The notes under the pieces: generated by a model
What the model saw: the letters and a program-made list of their open reading frames with translations, nothing else
Told to the model about the DNA's origin: nothing
The model's database searches: none
Program-made: the position numbers and the translations under genes
NCBI GenBank assembly: GCA_964016885.1
Contig: OZ024744.1
Coordinates: 76,818,001-76,882,000, forward strand
Origin: Eledone cirrhosa
Lineage: Eukaryota
DNA: 64,000 bases
Reading direction: 5' to 3'
Part shown: piece by piece, positions 50,901 through 64,000 of the stretch
Position numbering within the stretch: the first letter of the stretch is position 1
Layout of the letters: every line of letters starts with the position of its first letter

Positions 50901-51049
50901 TTTAGATTTTAGACTTTAGATCTATTGTAAACGATGCGTGCATATGAATGGCAATGAAATCACAGGCAAATTGATAGAATAGGATTTTGTATGAAGCAGA
51001 TGCGCAGGAGTAGTTGTCAGTGAGAGACCCATAAAATATATTATTTCAA

Positions 51050-51240
51050 ATACCTGAGGGCTCCTTAGAAGTATTTGATAGCTTTTGTTACCCATGTGAC
51101 ATAATTAGCAATGGATGAGAGTTCCTCCTAAATAGTAGCTAGAGTAAGGATAAGGTGGTTAAACTTTAAGAAGTTGTTGCCTCTGCTGGCAAAAAAGGAT
51201 GTTTTCTCTCCGAGTAAACGGCAACTTTATAGCGAATGCT
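51050..51240 (+). mobile_element. Old RTE RT fragment
   Basis: Similar to 35236-35420 (gagggctc..tagaa...gatagcttttgttacc...agagtaaggataaggtgg). Confidence 0.55.
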
Positions 51241-51775
51241 ATTAACCTGACTTGAACTGTTGTTCCCAGGTTGGTTAGGAAGGTCATTGCGACCGCACAA
51301 AATCCCTGTCACAACACAATTAACTATTGACCAATTCAGATAACAAAAACACATACAACATCTAATTCATTTACCCACTTAGAGATTGTGTAATACTTGT
51401 GTAAGAATTTCGATGTTGCATGGTAGCGAAACAGGAACATTAAATGTTGAGAATGTACGGAAGTTATAATGAATTGAAGCAAAGCATGCTTCACTGAGTG
51501 TGTAATAGTAAGATGCTTTAATGGCGGAGAGACAAACAACAAAACTGTGAGCCAAAATGGGGCGAGGAAGGTATGACAAAAAGTGTACAAGAGAAAATTC
51601 GGTGCTGGTATGGTCATGTGGTAAAATAGAATAACACACACAAACAAAAACGGACTTACCATGTAAAGAATAAATTAAAGAGAATAGATTCGTATTCATC
51701 CACCCTTTTAACAGCTGACTCTTGTACATACATACAAACATACATACATACATACAAACATACATACATTCATGC

Positions 51776-51814
<39 letters not shown>

Positions 51815-51974
51815 GCTACAACTCGAATTCGAATAATGCCATGGCTTGATACAGAAGCATGAGTATCACGGACGTGACTTTTTAGTCCTGCTAGGGACTT
51901 GCCTATGGCCAGCAATACCATGCAACGCAAAACAAATCACATATCAAGCGTTGCCTGAGCTTGAAGCTTTTGAA

Positions 51975-52270
51975 CTGGCACTCCGTCGATTACGATGACG
52001 AGTGTTTTAATTGATCCGCTCGTGAAATTAACGTGCAAGTGGCTGAGCATTCCACAGACACGTGAACCCTTAACGTAATCCTCAAGTAGATTCAGCGTGA
52101 CACAGAATGTGACAAGGTTGGCCCTTCGAATTACAGGTACAACCTATTTTTGCCAGATGAATGGACTAGAGAAACGTTGTGACTTGCTCAAGGACACAAC
52201 GTTTCCGGGAATCGAAATCACGACCTTACGATTGTGAGCTGAATACCCTAACCACAAAGCCACGCGCCTA
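51975..52270 (-). mobile_element. tRNA-derived SINE (family 3)
   Basis: Colinear with 39716-40035; head ggcgcgtggctttgtggttagggtattc...gatttcgattcc. Confidence 0.85.
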
Positions 52271-52285
52271 CACTAGACACATACA

Positions 52286-52600
52286 TACGAGCGTAAGCAG
52301 AAAAGTTCATAGGCTGACTATGAAGGAGTGATGCTAAAGCTGTGAAATCTTGGCTGCATTAATTTCAACTCTTCTTATTAGTAACACCATTGGTTCTTTC
52401 CAGGGACTATATTGCAAAATAAACCTCATTTGGTCATTCCATGGGAGTATCTTGGTCAGTCTATGAAGGAGTAATGCTAGAGTTGTGAAATCTTGGCTGA
52501 ATTAATTTCAACTCTTCTTATTAAAAACTGCATTGTTTCTTTCCAGGGACTATGTTGAAAAATAAACCTCATTTGGTCATTCCATGAGAGTATTTTGGTC
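52286..52600 (+). mobile_element. Probable Tc1/mariner terminal fragment with an internal ~140-bp tandem duplication
   Basis: Begins TA-CGAG....aaaagttc, like a mariner TIR. ctatgaaggagt.atgcta.ag.tgtgaaatcttggctg...tttggtc is repeated (52318-52458, 52461-52599). Confidence 0.5.
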
Positions 52601-52833
52601 TCGCTCAAGAACACGACGCATCTTCCGATCTGGGAATCGAACTCCCGATCTTACGATCTCGAGCTGAAAACCTTAAACACTAAACCATGTACCATATCTA
52701 GGACAACGTTCTTACGACACACTGTAAAATCGCAGACCACATTCGCATTAAAACGAAGGCAAAGACTCGTCAATACGATAGAACCGCCGGCCAAAATGTG
52801 CGCTCTCTACCTCTCTCTCTCTCTCTCTCTCTC

Positions 52834-52961
<128 letters not shown>

Positions 52962-53328
52962 GAAATTGAAGAACACAAAATATAACTACTCCATTACCAA
53001 AGGTTTCTGGATCACAGACGATAATAATATACGTCCGGATCAGTCTTCAGACACCTGACGACCGATCCATACGTATATTATTATCGTGACCATTTAAAAA
53101 AGGGAGTCGATCGACTTATTTTTTCCTCTCTTTACGTTGCCTCACCATTCGTGTTTCTTTACCTGTCTCTCTTTCTCCACCCAATTCTTTTTATCCCAAT
53201 AACTTAATTTAGTTATTGTATCGCGCTACCCTGAGGTATCTGGTCTTTAATGCGAAGAAATACCTATGATGGCTAGTAGACCACTGATGATGGATAGTCC
53301 TGACTTCTATTTCTAATTCTTTATTTTA

Positions 53329-53367
<39 letters not shown>

Positions 53368-53689
53368 AAAATATTTTGGACAGTCCAGAAATAGCCGTCG
53401 AAACGGGTTGAGCTCTGCCGTCGGGGTCTTGAACATTTTCCTATAACCCACTCTACTACCCTAAGTGTTGAGTACTTTGGTGCGTTATGGTCTACCTGGT
53501 TCCTTACCAGACTTTCTTCATAATAAATAAATATATATAACTCAATCAGACACTGTTGTTCATAAATGAAGGAATAGAAATATTAAAATGATGACTTAAT
53601 GTAAAAACTAACAAAACACCAAAAAAGAGAAAGACAGAAAAGAGATAAGGAAATCATGTCAATGAATAGGCGAGCTACGTAGTTTTATC

Positions 53690-53855
53690 ATCTATATATA
53701 TAAAACTGTAGTTGTCTGTCTGTGTGTCCTCATTTTTGCAAAGTCTATACAAATCCACATTTATACTCTAATTGACTTCAAACTTGAATTTATATATTCC
53801 TTGCGGTCTAAAGATACTAACTGCAGCTTTTATTTTTCAATGTTCTGTTGTTAAA
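53690..53855 (+). mobile_element. Helitron 5' fragment
   Basis: Reverse complement of 41755-41924. Confidence 0.75.
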
Positions 53856-54006
53856 GAGGTGTTAGGCGCCGGTTATCGATCTCCATCGAGCCCTTATAAT
53901 ATCTCTCTGTATGTCTGACTGTCTACATTACGACATTCTGACGAACACGTCATTGCTGACCTATTATCTTCGCTACATTCACACACACACACATACTTAT
54001 ATATAC

Positions 54007-54051
<45 letters not shown>

Positions 54052-54070
54052 TACATATACACACAGAAAT

Positions 54071-54113
<43 letters not shown>

Positions 54114-54228
54114 AATACAAACAAAATCACATATATATATACACACATACAAATATATAAATATACACATAAAAATATATGTATATACACACACACACAC
54201 ACATATATATATACATATACACACAGAA

Positions 54229-54285
<57 letters not shown>

Positions 54286-54553
54286 CAAACACATACATAT
54301 ATATATATACACGCATATACATATATATAAATATACACATAAAAATATATGTATATTCAAATACAAGTCGATGTTGAACGGTATGTCAAATCTATTTATC
54401 TATAAAACTGTCTATATTGTATTTTGTCTGAGGAAGGCATAGCATATTGTTAATATGATATCCCTGAAATATATATAATGAAATAAATATGGTTTTATAA
54501 ATATAGTTTCCATTTATTTAATATCGTGTATACACACACACACATATATATAT

Positions 54554-54700
<147 letters not shown>

Positions 54701-55914
54701 AATACATTGTAGGTCGCTTTAACCCGTCTTTTATTATTCAAAAAACTTCTTGCCAATAAACGTTAATCTTTTGTGCGCCATTCATCTAACTGTAGACCAA
54801 CAAATACCAACTAAACGGAGTGTTGACAAGAACGAGATGGAGAATGAATCTTCGAGGTAAGCAGTTTCCTCCCGAGGTGTTAGTTCACGAGAGATTCTCT
54901 GATACACCTTTTCGTAATAATACCCAATAACGTACTGCTGGTCACTCCTTCCTCCAAAAGCCGTACAAAGCGGACATATACATCGGGCAGATGGATCGGG
55001 TGCAAATCTACACCAGGCCTACGCGAGAAATTCACAAGGGACTGCACCGTGAGAGATAGAGAGAAAGAGTAACTTAGTGGAAAGAGTGTGAATGAACTTT
55101 TGAGGTAAGTAGCATACGCCTTACTGCTATGACACTGGAACCTTCTGCCAACTTAACCTGTGACTTTCTCTTTCACATTTACTCCAAAAGGCTAAAACAG
55201 AGGAGTATGAAAAGAAGGGACTCAACAATATTTCTATGAACAATGCACGTAGACAGCTAAACTGTACTTTCAACTTCTTGATTTTCTCCAAATAAAACAA
55301 GTTTCCTGTCGGTATATTTTCGTGAGTTTTTAACAGGCTCTCACAAATAAACGTTTCTCATTGGAGGTGCTATTACCAATGTTCTTACTCGTGCAACGCC
55401 TGGATACACTGCTAGTGTCTAATAAATTTTATTCGTCGCACCATTGATTCTCCGTTTCTTATGTGATATACATATATATATATAAAGGCAGAAAATAAGA
55501 CTCTCGGGAAATCAACAGTTGGGAATATACAAACAAGAATGTTTGAAAGATTCTCTATACATACATACATTGTGGCTGCCAACTCGTTTTCGAATACGGC
55601 CACTAATTTATATCCATGTCGGAGAACCCCTACCGATGCGCTGAACGAGTGTGACTTTTTAGTCCAGCCAGCGACTTGAAAACTCTGGCACAAACACCAC
55701 ACTTGTGACAATTATTGACACATAGTGCTGGGCACATGGTACCATGTGACGACAAGTGCAGAGAGATCTCCAGATATAAAGCAATGCCTGTGCCGTGAAG
55801 CTTTTATAGTGAGCAAAGGCACTGCACAAAGCCAGTCCCACTCTCTTAACCAAGATGATATTTACCAAAAAGAAGAACAAGTCAACATCATTGGATACCA
55901 TCAGGGTTGCAGGT

Positions 55915-56180
55915 GTTATATCAGAGTTTTCCTTCTCCTAGAATTCTGCCTTGACAAAGGCTAAGGGGTCATCTCTCCCGGTGATTTGGGATGGCCATTG
56001 ACTCTTAAGAGCTCCTTTGCCCTTTGACAGGTTTTGTTTTTAGTCCTGCAGGATGTCCAAAGTCACCCTCCTCACCAAGAAACCTTGGTGGGGTTGCCAG
56101 TTTAGTCGCCAACGACCCGACCATGAGACAAGTTGTACTGGGATACATGTTACCAGTAGCACCAACTGGTGACCTGACAT
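55915..56180 (-). mobile_element. Probable RTE-type 5'UTR fragment
   Basis: Minus strand ...tagcctttgtcaaggcagaattctaggagaaggaaaactctga resembles a motif recalled from RTE 5'UTRs. Starts at (ACAT)n. Confidence 0.45.
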
Positions 56181-56275
56181 ACATACATACATATATATAT
56201 ACATATAGATTTCATAATTTGAACTTTGTTCTTATGTGTCTGTATGTGTATGTATGAACATATATGAACATATAA

Positions 56276-56317
<42 letters not shown>

Positions 56318-56701
56318 GTATGTGTGCGTATGTATGTATAAAAGAACGCATATATATATATATATATATATACATTTTCTATACATATGTATATATATAT
56401 TCATATTCGTATGCATATACATATACATAAATATGTACATATGCATATACATATAGGTGTGTGTGCGTGTGTGTGTGTTTTTTTTACACATGTATACACA
56501 TATGAGTACATATGCATATACAGTATATATACATCTAGATGTACGTATGCGTATATATAATGCGTATATATATATATATATATATGTAAATGATAATATA
56601 CATCTACACACATATAGATATATATATATATGAAAACAGGGAGAAAGAGACGATTATATATATGTAGGTATGTGAATGTGTGTATGAGTGTGGGTGATTG
56701 C

Positions 56702-57085
<384 letters not shown>

Positions 57086-57289
57086 AGTTGTAATCTGCTG
57101 GTCTCAGATCTAAACAGTATGAAGTGCAGGCAACTGTCTTTGTAGTGATTTACTAAAGAAAAAAAAAAAAAGAGGTAGATTTTTCGCGGTAAAAGGTGTT
57201 TTGGCTTCTATCAGCAGGGGTTTACATGCGATATCGCCGCCACGATATCTCTCAATTGATTACATACTCCAAAAAGAAAGTGAATTATA

Positions 57290-57312
57290 TTATATTTATT
57301 TATCTATCTATT

Positions 57313-57395
<83 letters not shown>

Positions 57396-57422
57396 TTCAT
57401 ATGTGTTCATTTATTAATTCAT

Positions 57423-57477
<55 letters not shown>

Positions 57478-57504
57478 TTCATATGTGTTTATTTATTAAT
57501 TCAT

Positions 57505-57539
<35 letters not shown>

Positions 57540-57566
57540 TTCATATGTGTTTATTTATTAATTCAT

Positions 57567-57616
<50 letters not shown>
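57290..57616. repeat. (ATTT)n array with periodic interruptions
   Basis: Directly visible. Confidence 0.95.
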
Positions 57617-57617
<1 letters not shown>

Positions 57618-57664
57618 GGATAGAGCTTGTCTGGGCTGTTTCACAATGAAACCAATTCTTTTCG

Positions 57665-57838
57665 GAAGAAGAAGAAGAAGAAGAAGAAGAAGAAGAAGAA
57701 GAAGAAGAAGAAGAAGAAGAAGAAGAAGAAGAAGAAGAAGAAGAAGAAGAAGAAGAAGAAGAAGAAGAAGAAGAAGAAGAAGAAGAAGAAGAAGAAGAAG
57801 AAGAAGAAGAAGAAGAAGAAGAAGAAGAAGAAGAAGAA
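57665..57838. repeat. Pure (GAA)n, ~58 units
   Basis: Directly visible. Confidence 0.97.
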
Positions 57839-57989
57839 ACAAAAACTATTGAAAAAAAAACAAGAGAGAAGGAAAAGATAAAATAATAACAACAATAACA
57901 AGAAAATAAATAAATAAAGAAACTAAAGAAAAAAATGTTCTAACGAAAGAGTTGTAATGAAAGACGATTTGTCTGTTGTGTTAACTTTA

Positions 57990-58948
57990 CAGTGGTGGTG
58001 TTGATGTGGTGGTGGTGGTGGTGGTGGTGGTGGTGGTGGTGGTGGTGGTGTTGGTGATGGTGGTGGTGGTGGTGGTGGTGGTGATAGTGATGGTGGTGAT
58101 GGTGATGGTGGTGGTGGTGATGTTGGTAATGGTGATAGTGATGGTGGTGGTGGTGATAGTGATGGTGGTGGTGGTGATGGTGGTAGTGGTGGTGGTGGTG
58201 TTGGTAATGGTGATAGTGATGGTGGTGATGGTGATGGTGGTGGTGGTGATGGTGGGGGTGGTGGTGGTGTTGGTAATGGTGATAGTGATGGTGGTGGTGG
58301 TGATGGTGATGGTGGTGGTGGTGGTGTTGGTAATGGTGATAGTGATGGTGGTGGTGGTGATGGTGATGGTGGTGGTGGTGGTGTTGGTAATGGTGATAGT
58401 GATGGTGGTGATGGTGATGGTGGTGTAGTGATGGTGGTGGTGGTGGTGGTGGTGGTGTTGGTAATGGTGATAGTGATGGTGGTGGTGATGATGGTGATGG
58501 TGATGGTGGGGGGGACGGATGGGGTTGATGGTGTGTGTGTGTGGGGGGGGGGGGGGGGGGGGGTTAGTGATGGTGGAAGTGTTGGTGGTAGTGCTGGCGA
58601 TGCTGATGGTAATGGTGGCAGTGGTAGTGGTGCTGGCGGAGGTGGTGGTGGTGGTGGTGGTGGTAATGATGGTGTTCATGGTGATGTTGGTAGTGGTGGT
58701 GGCGGTGGCGGCGGCGGTGGTGGTGATGGTGATGGTGTTGTTTGCTAGTGGTAGTGATGGTATTGTCGTTGGTGTTGTTGTTGTAAGTGGTTGTGATGGC
58801 GTTGTTCTTTTGTTGGTGGCAATGGTTTTGCTGTTGTTGTTGTTGTCGTTGTTGTTGTTAGTGGTTGTGATGGCGTATTTGTTTTTGTTGTTAGTGTTAT
58901 TGGTGGTGATGATGGTGATGGTGTTGTTGTTGGTGGCAATGCTATTAC

Positions 58949-58988
<40 letters not shown>

Positions 58989-59541
58989 AGTGTTCTCGTT
59001 GCTGGTGTAGTTGTTAGTTGTTGTGATGGCGTTGGTGTTGTCGTTTTTGTTGTGTGTTAGTGGTGGTGATGGTGGCGATGATGTGGTGTTGATGATAGCA
59101 TTGTTGTTGGTGGAGATGATGATGGTATTGCTGTTGTTGCTGTCGATGATTGTGGTGGTGTTGTTATTGTTAGTGTCGGTGGTGGCGTTGGTATTGTCAT
59201 TATTGTTGATGGTGATGGTATTGTTGTTGTTGTTTTGTGGCGGTGGTTTTCTTGGTGGTGATGATGATGATGCTACTGTTTTTGTAGTTATTGAAGTTAT
59301 TGTTGGTGGTGGTGGTGATGTGGTGATATTGTTTTTGTTGTTGTTGTTGTTGTTGGTGGTGGTGGTGATATTGTTTTTGTTGTTGTTGTTGGTGGTGGTG
59401 GTGGTGGTGGTGGTGGTGGTGGTGGTGGTGGTGGTGGTGGTGGTGGTGGTGGTGGTGATATTGTTGTTGTTATTGTTGTTGGTGGTTGTGGTGGTGATAT
59501 TGTTTTTGTTGTTGGTGGTGGTGATGGTGTTGATATCGTTT

Positions 59542-59573
<32 letters not shown>

Positions 59574-61119
59574 GGTGGTGGTGATATTGTGGCTGTTGTT
59601 GGTGGAGGTGTTGGTAGTGATATTGTGGCTGTTGTTGTCGGTGGTGGTGGTGGTGATATTGTTGCTGTTGTTGGTGGTGGTGATATTGTGGCTGTTGTTG
59701 GTGGTGATGGTGTTGATATTGTTTTTGTTGTTGGTGTTTTTTGTTGTTTCTGTTGTTGATGGTGTTGGTGGTGATATTGTTGCTGTTGTTGGAGGTGATG
59801 GTGGTGATATTGTTTTTGTTATTGTGTTGGTGGTGATGGTGGTGATGGTGATATTGTTTTTGTTATTGGTGTTGGTGGTGATGGTGGTGGTGGTGATATT
59901 GTTTTTGTTATTGGTGTTGGTGGTGATGGTGGTGATGGTGGTATTGTTTTTGTTATTGGTGTTGGTGGTGATGGTGGTGATGGTGGTATTGTTTTTGTTA
60001 TTGGTGTTGGTGGTGATGGTGGTGATGGTGATATTGTTTTTGTTATTGGTGTTGGTGGTGATGGTGGTGATGGTAATATTGTTTTTGTTATTGTGTTGGT
60101 GGTGATGGTGGTGGTGGTGATATTGTTTTTGTTATTGGTGTTGGTGGTGATGGTGGTGATGGTGGTATTGTTTTTGTTATTGGTGTTGGTGGTGATGGTG
60201 GTGATGGTGATATTGTTTTTGTTATTGGTGTTGGTGGTGATGGTGGTGATGGTAATATTGTTTTTGTTATTGGTGTTGGTGGTGATGGTGGTGGTGGTGA
60301 TATTGTTTTTGTTATTGGTGTTGGTGGTGATGGTGGTGGTGGTGATATTGTTTTTTGTTATTGGTGTTGGTGGTGATGGTGGTGGTGGTGATATTGTTTT
60401 TGTTATTGGTGTTGGTGGTGATGGTGGTGGTGGTGATATTGTTTTTGTTATGGTGTTGGTGGTGATGGTGGTGGTGGTGATATTGTTTTTGTTATTGGTG
60501 TTGGTGGTGATGGTGGTGGTGGTGATATTGTTTTTGTTATTGGTGTTGTGGTGATGGTGGTGATGGTGATATTGTTTTTGTTATTGGTGTTGGTGGTGAT
60601 GGTGGTGGTGGTGATATTGTTTTTGTTATTGGTGTTGGTGGTGATGGTGGTGATGGTGATATTGTTTTTTGTTATTGGTGTTGGTGGTGATGGTGGTGGT
60701 GGTGATATTGTTTTGTTGCTGTTGGTGGTGATGGTGGTGATATTGTGGCTGTTGTTGGTGTGGTGATATTGTTGGTGGTGATGGTGATGGTGATGGTGGT
60801 GGTGGTGATATTGTTTTTGTTATTGGTGTTGGTGGTGATGGTGGTGATGGTGATATTGTTTTTGTTATTGGTGTTGGTGGTGATGGTGGTGGTGGTAATA
60901 TTGTTTTGTTGCTGTTGGTGGTGATGGTGGTGATATTGTGGCTGTTGTTGGTGGTGATATTGTTGGTGGTGATGGTGATGGTGATGGTGGTGGTGGTGAT
61001 ATTGTTTTGTTGCTGTTGGTGGTGTTGGTAGTGATATTGTGGCTGTTGTTGGTGGTGATATTGTTGGTGGTGATGGTGATATACATTTTGTTGTTATTGG
61101 TGTTGGTGATATTATTTTT

Positions 61120-61167
<48 letters not shown>

Positions 61168-61359
61168 GGTGGTGGTGGTGGTGGTGGTGGTGGTGGTGGT
61201 GGTGGTGGTGGTGGTGGTGGTGGTGGTGGTGGTGGTGGTGGTGGTAGTGCTGATATTGTTGTTGTTGTTGTTGGTGATAGTTGTAGGTGATAGTGTTGCT
61301 GTTGTTCTTGTTGGTGGTGGTGATATTAAATTTGTTGTTGTTGGTGATGGTGATGGTGA

Positions 61360-61393
<34 letters not shown>

Positions 61394-62085
61394 GGTGGTG
61401 GTGGCGGTGGTGATAGTGGTGGTGGGGGTACTGTTGTTGTTGGTGATGGTGGTGGTGGTGGTGGTGATATTGTTTTTGTTACTGTTGGTGGTGGTGTTGG
61501 AGGTATTGTTTTTGTTATTGGTGGTGATGGGGATGTTGATGTTGATGTTGGTGTTGATGTTGGTGATGATGTTGTTGTTGTTGTTGGTGATGGTGTTGGT
61601 GATGGTGGTGGAGTTGATGGTGTTTTTATTGCGGTTGTTGTTTGTGATGGTAGTGGTGGTGGTGGCGATATTGTTTTTGTTACTGTTGGTGGTTTTGTTG
61701 GAGGTATTGTTTTTGTTGTTGGTGGTGGGGGTGTTGATGTTGTTGATGATGTTGTTGTTTTTGGTGATGGTGTTGGTGGTGGTGGTGCTGGACTTGATGG
61801 TGTTTTTATTGCTGTTGTTGTTTGTGATGGTGGTGGTTGTGGTGGTGGTGGTGGTGGTGGTGGTGGCGATATTGTTTTTGTTACTGTTGGTGGTTTTGTT
61901 GGAGGTATTGTTTTTGTTGTTGGTGGTGATGGTGGTATCGGTGGTGATATTGTTTTTGTTGCTGTTGGTGGTGATATTTTCTGGTGGTGGTGGTGGTGCT
62001 GCTGCTGCTGATGATGATGATGTTTTTGGTGATATTGTTTTTGTTGGTGGTGATAGTAGTGGTTGTGGTTTTGGTGGTGGTATGT
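57990..62085. repeat. 4-kb (GGT/GTT/GAT) low-complexity array with a 39-bp higher-order unit
   Basis: ggtgatattgtttttgttattggtgttggtggtgatggt is repeated across ~59800-60900. Confidence 0.95.
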
Positions 62086-62245
62086 TTTGAAGGTCGAAAG
62101 AAAATAAATATTGCATGGACGTTTTAATTGAATTAAAAAATAAAGAAAACCAAAAAGATGTGTTTTGTGGTTTATGTAAATAATGAATATTGGTTTGTGT
62201 TTTTGTGTGTGTGTATGTATGTGTGTGTGTACATATATATATGTG

Positions 62246-62338
<93 letters not shown>

Positions 62339-62418
62339 CATACGTATATATATACATACATACGTATATATATATAAATACATACGTATATATATGTATA
62401 TATATATACATACGTATG

Positions 62419-62453
<35 letters not shown>

Positions 62454-62481
62454 ACATATATATATGCAAACATACCTTAAC

Positions 62482-62528
<47 letters not shown>

Positions 62529-63209
62529 TATATATGTTGTCTCTTATATGTTAAATAAGTTTATTATGTTTTGTTGTTGCTGGAACTTCTTTTTAATTAG
62601 ATTTCCTCACATTTATTTATTACAAACCAAAAATTGCGTCTCTATATTGGCTGAACAGAGCCCAGTAGAAAGGCGGGAAAATTGCTTTGCAGTGTTTAGT
62701 CATGTCACTTTACATTCGAACTCCAAATTCCAATAGAAATCGATTTTTTACCTTTCAATCTTCTGTGTTAGTGTTAATATAAAATAAGTATGTACCAGTC
62801 AAGTATGGGAATCGATTTAATTAATAATCCTCTATAAATGCTGTATGTCTTTGTCACAAACAAGCTATTAGTATTACGAAACTGCGGAAAGTGTGAATAT
62901 TAATCCGGACGAGTCTGTAAGCGTCTGGCTCTGTACTCTGCAGGGGTAAGTTCATGTCATCGGAGAGCATCGTGGGACACTGGATCGTTTGTCTGCGGTG
63001 TCGGATTGAGGATATATGAGGACCTGTGTTAGTTAAGTTATGAAATCCTTTTGAACGTTTTACATTTGAAAATCATTTGAAAAATTCCTATTAAAAAATG
63101 TTGTCTTGGGCAGAAAGATGCACCCCCTGCATACTCCTGGTCGACGGGGCCCTGTGTTTAAGCACACCTAAGCACAATGGTAAATCCGGCACGGTCTGTC
63201 TGGTTAAGT

Positions 63210-63410
63210 TGTTCGGGGTCTTCTTTGGTCCTGACATCTAGGTGGATAGTAATAGTAACTAGGATAAGGTAAACAAGCTAGATATTCAGTCTCACCACAA
63301 CCCAGAAATAAGCTGAGAAAATGCTAATTCCGTTAAAATGTCGGGCAAAAGTGGTGGATGTTTACATCGCCTCCCTCAATACCAGGTCCTGACTGACCGC
63401 TTCTTCTTTG
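63210..63410 (+). mobile_element. Ancient, diverged Tx1 ORF2 remnant
   Basis: ggttaagttgttcggggtcttctttggtcctgacatc...acccagaaat...tacatcgc aligns by eye to 9707-9890. Confidence 0.6.
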
Positions 63411-64000
63411 TACCGGTATCCATCAACACCTCTGGCTTCATTGGTCTCCGCACTGCTGGTTTCCTCCTTAAAGTCGGAAAATCGGCGGTCTGCGTGAGGA
63501 AGGAGCACCATGAGGAAGAAGGGGGGGAGTTGCAACAGGTGCCTCTGACCATTCTTCACGGTAACGCTCTTGCCGTTTTGTTGGTGGGGCGCGGCTGAGG
63601 TACCACTCAGACTGGGACGTAGTGTGTGTTCCCCCCTCTCACTTTTTTTTTGCTTGATCCTTCTTTCTTTTTCTTCTTTTGATTTTCTTTTTCTTTTCTT
63701 CATTTTCTCTTCCCTTTAGTAGTGTTTTATTTTTATTAGTTACAGCCCAATTATTTTTATATAATGTCAATGGCTTTCCATGACATTGTAAGATTTTATA
63801 TGTTGAATAAATTGTATATTTACCGTTTGGTAATATAGATTTCGTCTTCAAGTTGGCTGATTGAGTTAATATAGAAAACTGTGGTTGCCTGTAGGACGGG
63901 CCCGGCCCGCCTGTTAACCGAATCTATCGTGAAGATTGCCCCCACCGCCCCTCTTTAACAAGGAAGTGCCAGTAGTTTTCCCATTAACTGGTAGCTGTGG

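Noticed and set aside
57615-57901. Poly-K/R/L/F ORFs
   Set aside because: Translations of (GAA)n.
57987-62473. Long Val/Gly- or Thr/Pro-rich ORFs (up to 498 aa)
   Set aside because: Low-complexity triplet repeats open on both strands, with starts lying in (TA)n.

Overview
Repeat-dominated eukaryotic (animal) DNA with no confidently identifiable host gene. The microsatellite load and SINE types suggest a cephalopod such as Octopus (inference). 1-11.2 kb is a head-to-tail stack of three Tx1/L1-clade non-LTR retrotransposons, each separated by (TTA)n: a degraded copy, a 5'-truncated copy, and a full-length copy with intact ORF1 and one premature stop in ORF2. It abuts an opposite-strand R4/Dong-type 3' fragment in the same (TAA)n tract. 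The rest holds a degraded near-full-length Penelope-like element (PLE) and two PLE GIY-YIG remnants, one with ~0.6-kb inverted arms. It also holds a CRE-type LINE, an RTE-type LINE with a PHD-like finger inside its RT, non-autonomous Helitrons, tRNA-derived SINEs, and long (TA)n, (CA)n, (GAA)n and (GGT)n arrays. The strongest non-coding signal is about a dozen minimal hammerhead-ribozyme motifs (several near-intact), many in short palindromic fold-back elements next to (TA)n. All alignments and folds were done by eye, so boundaries are approximate.
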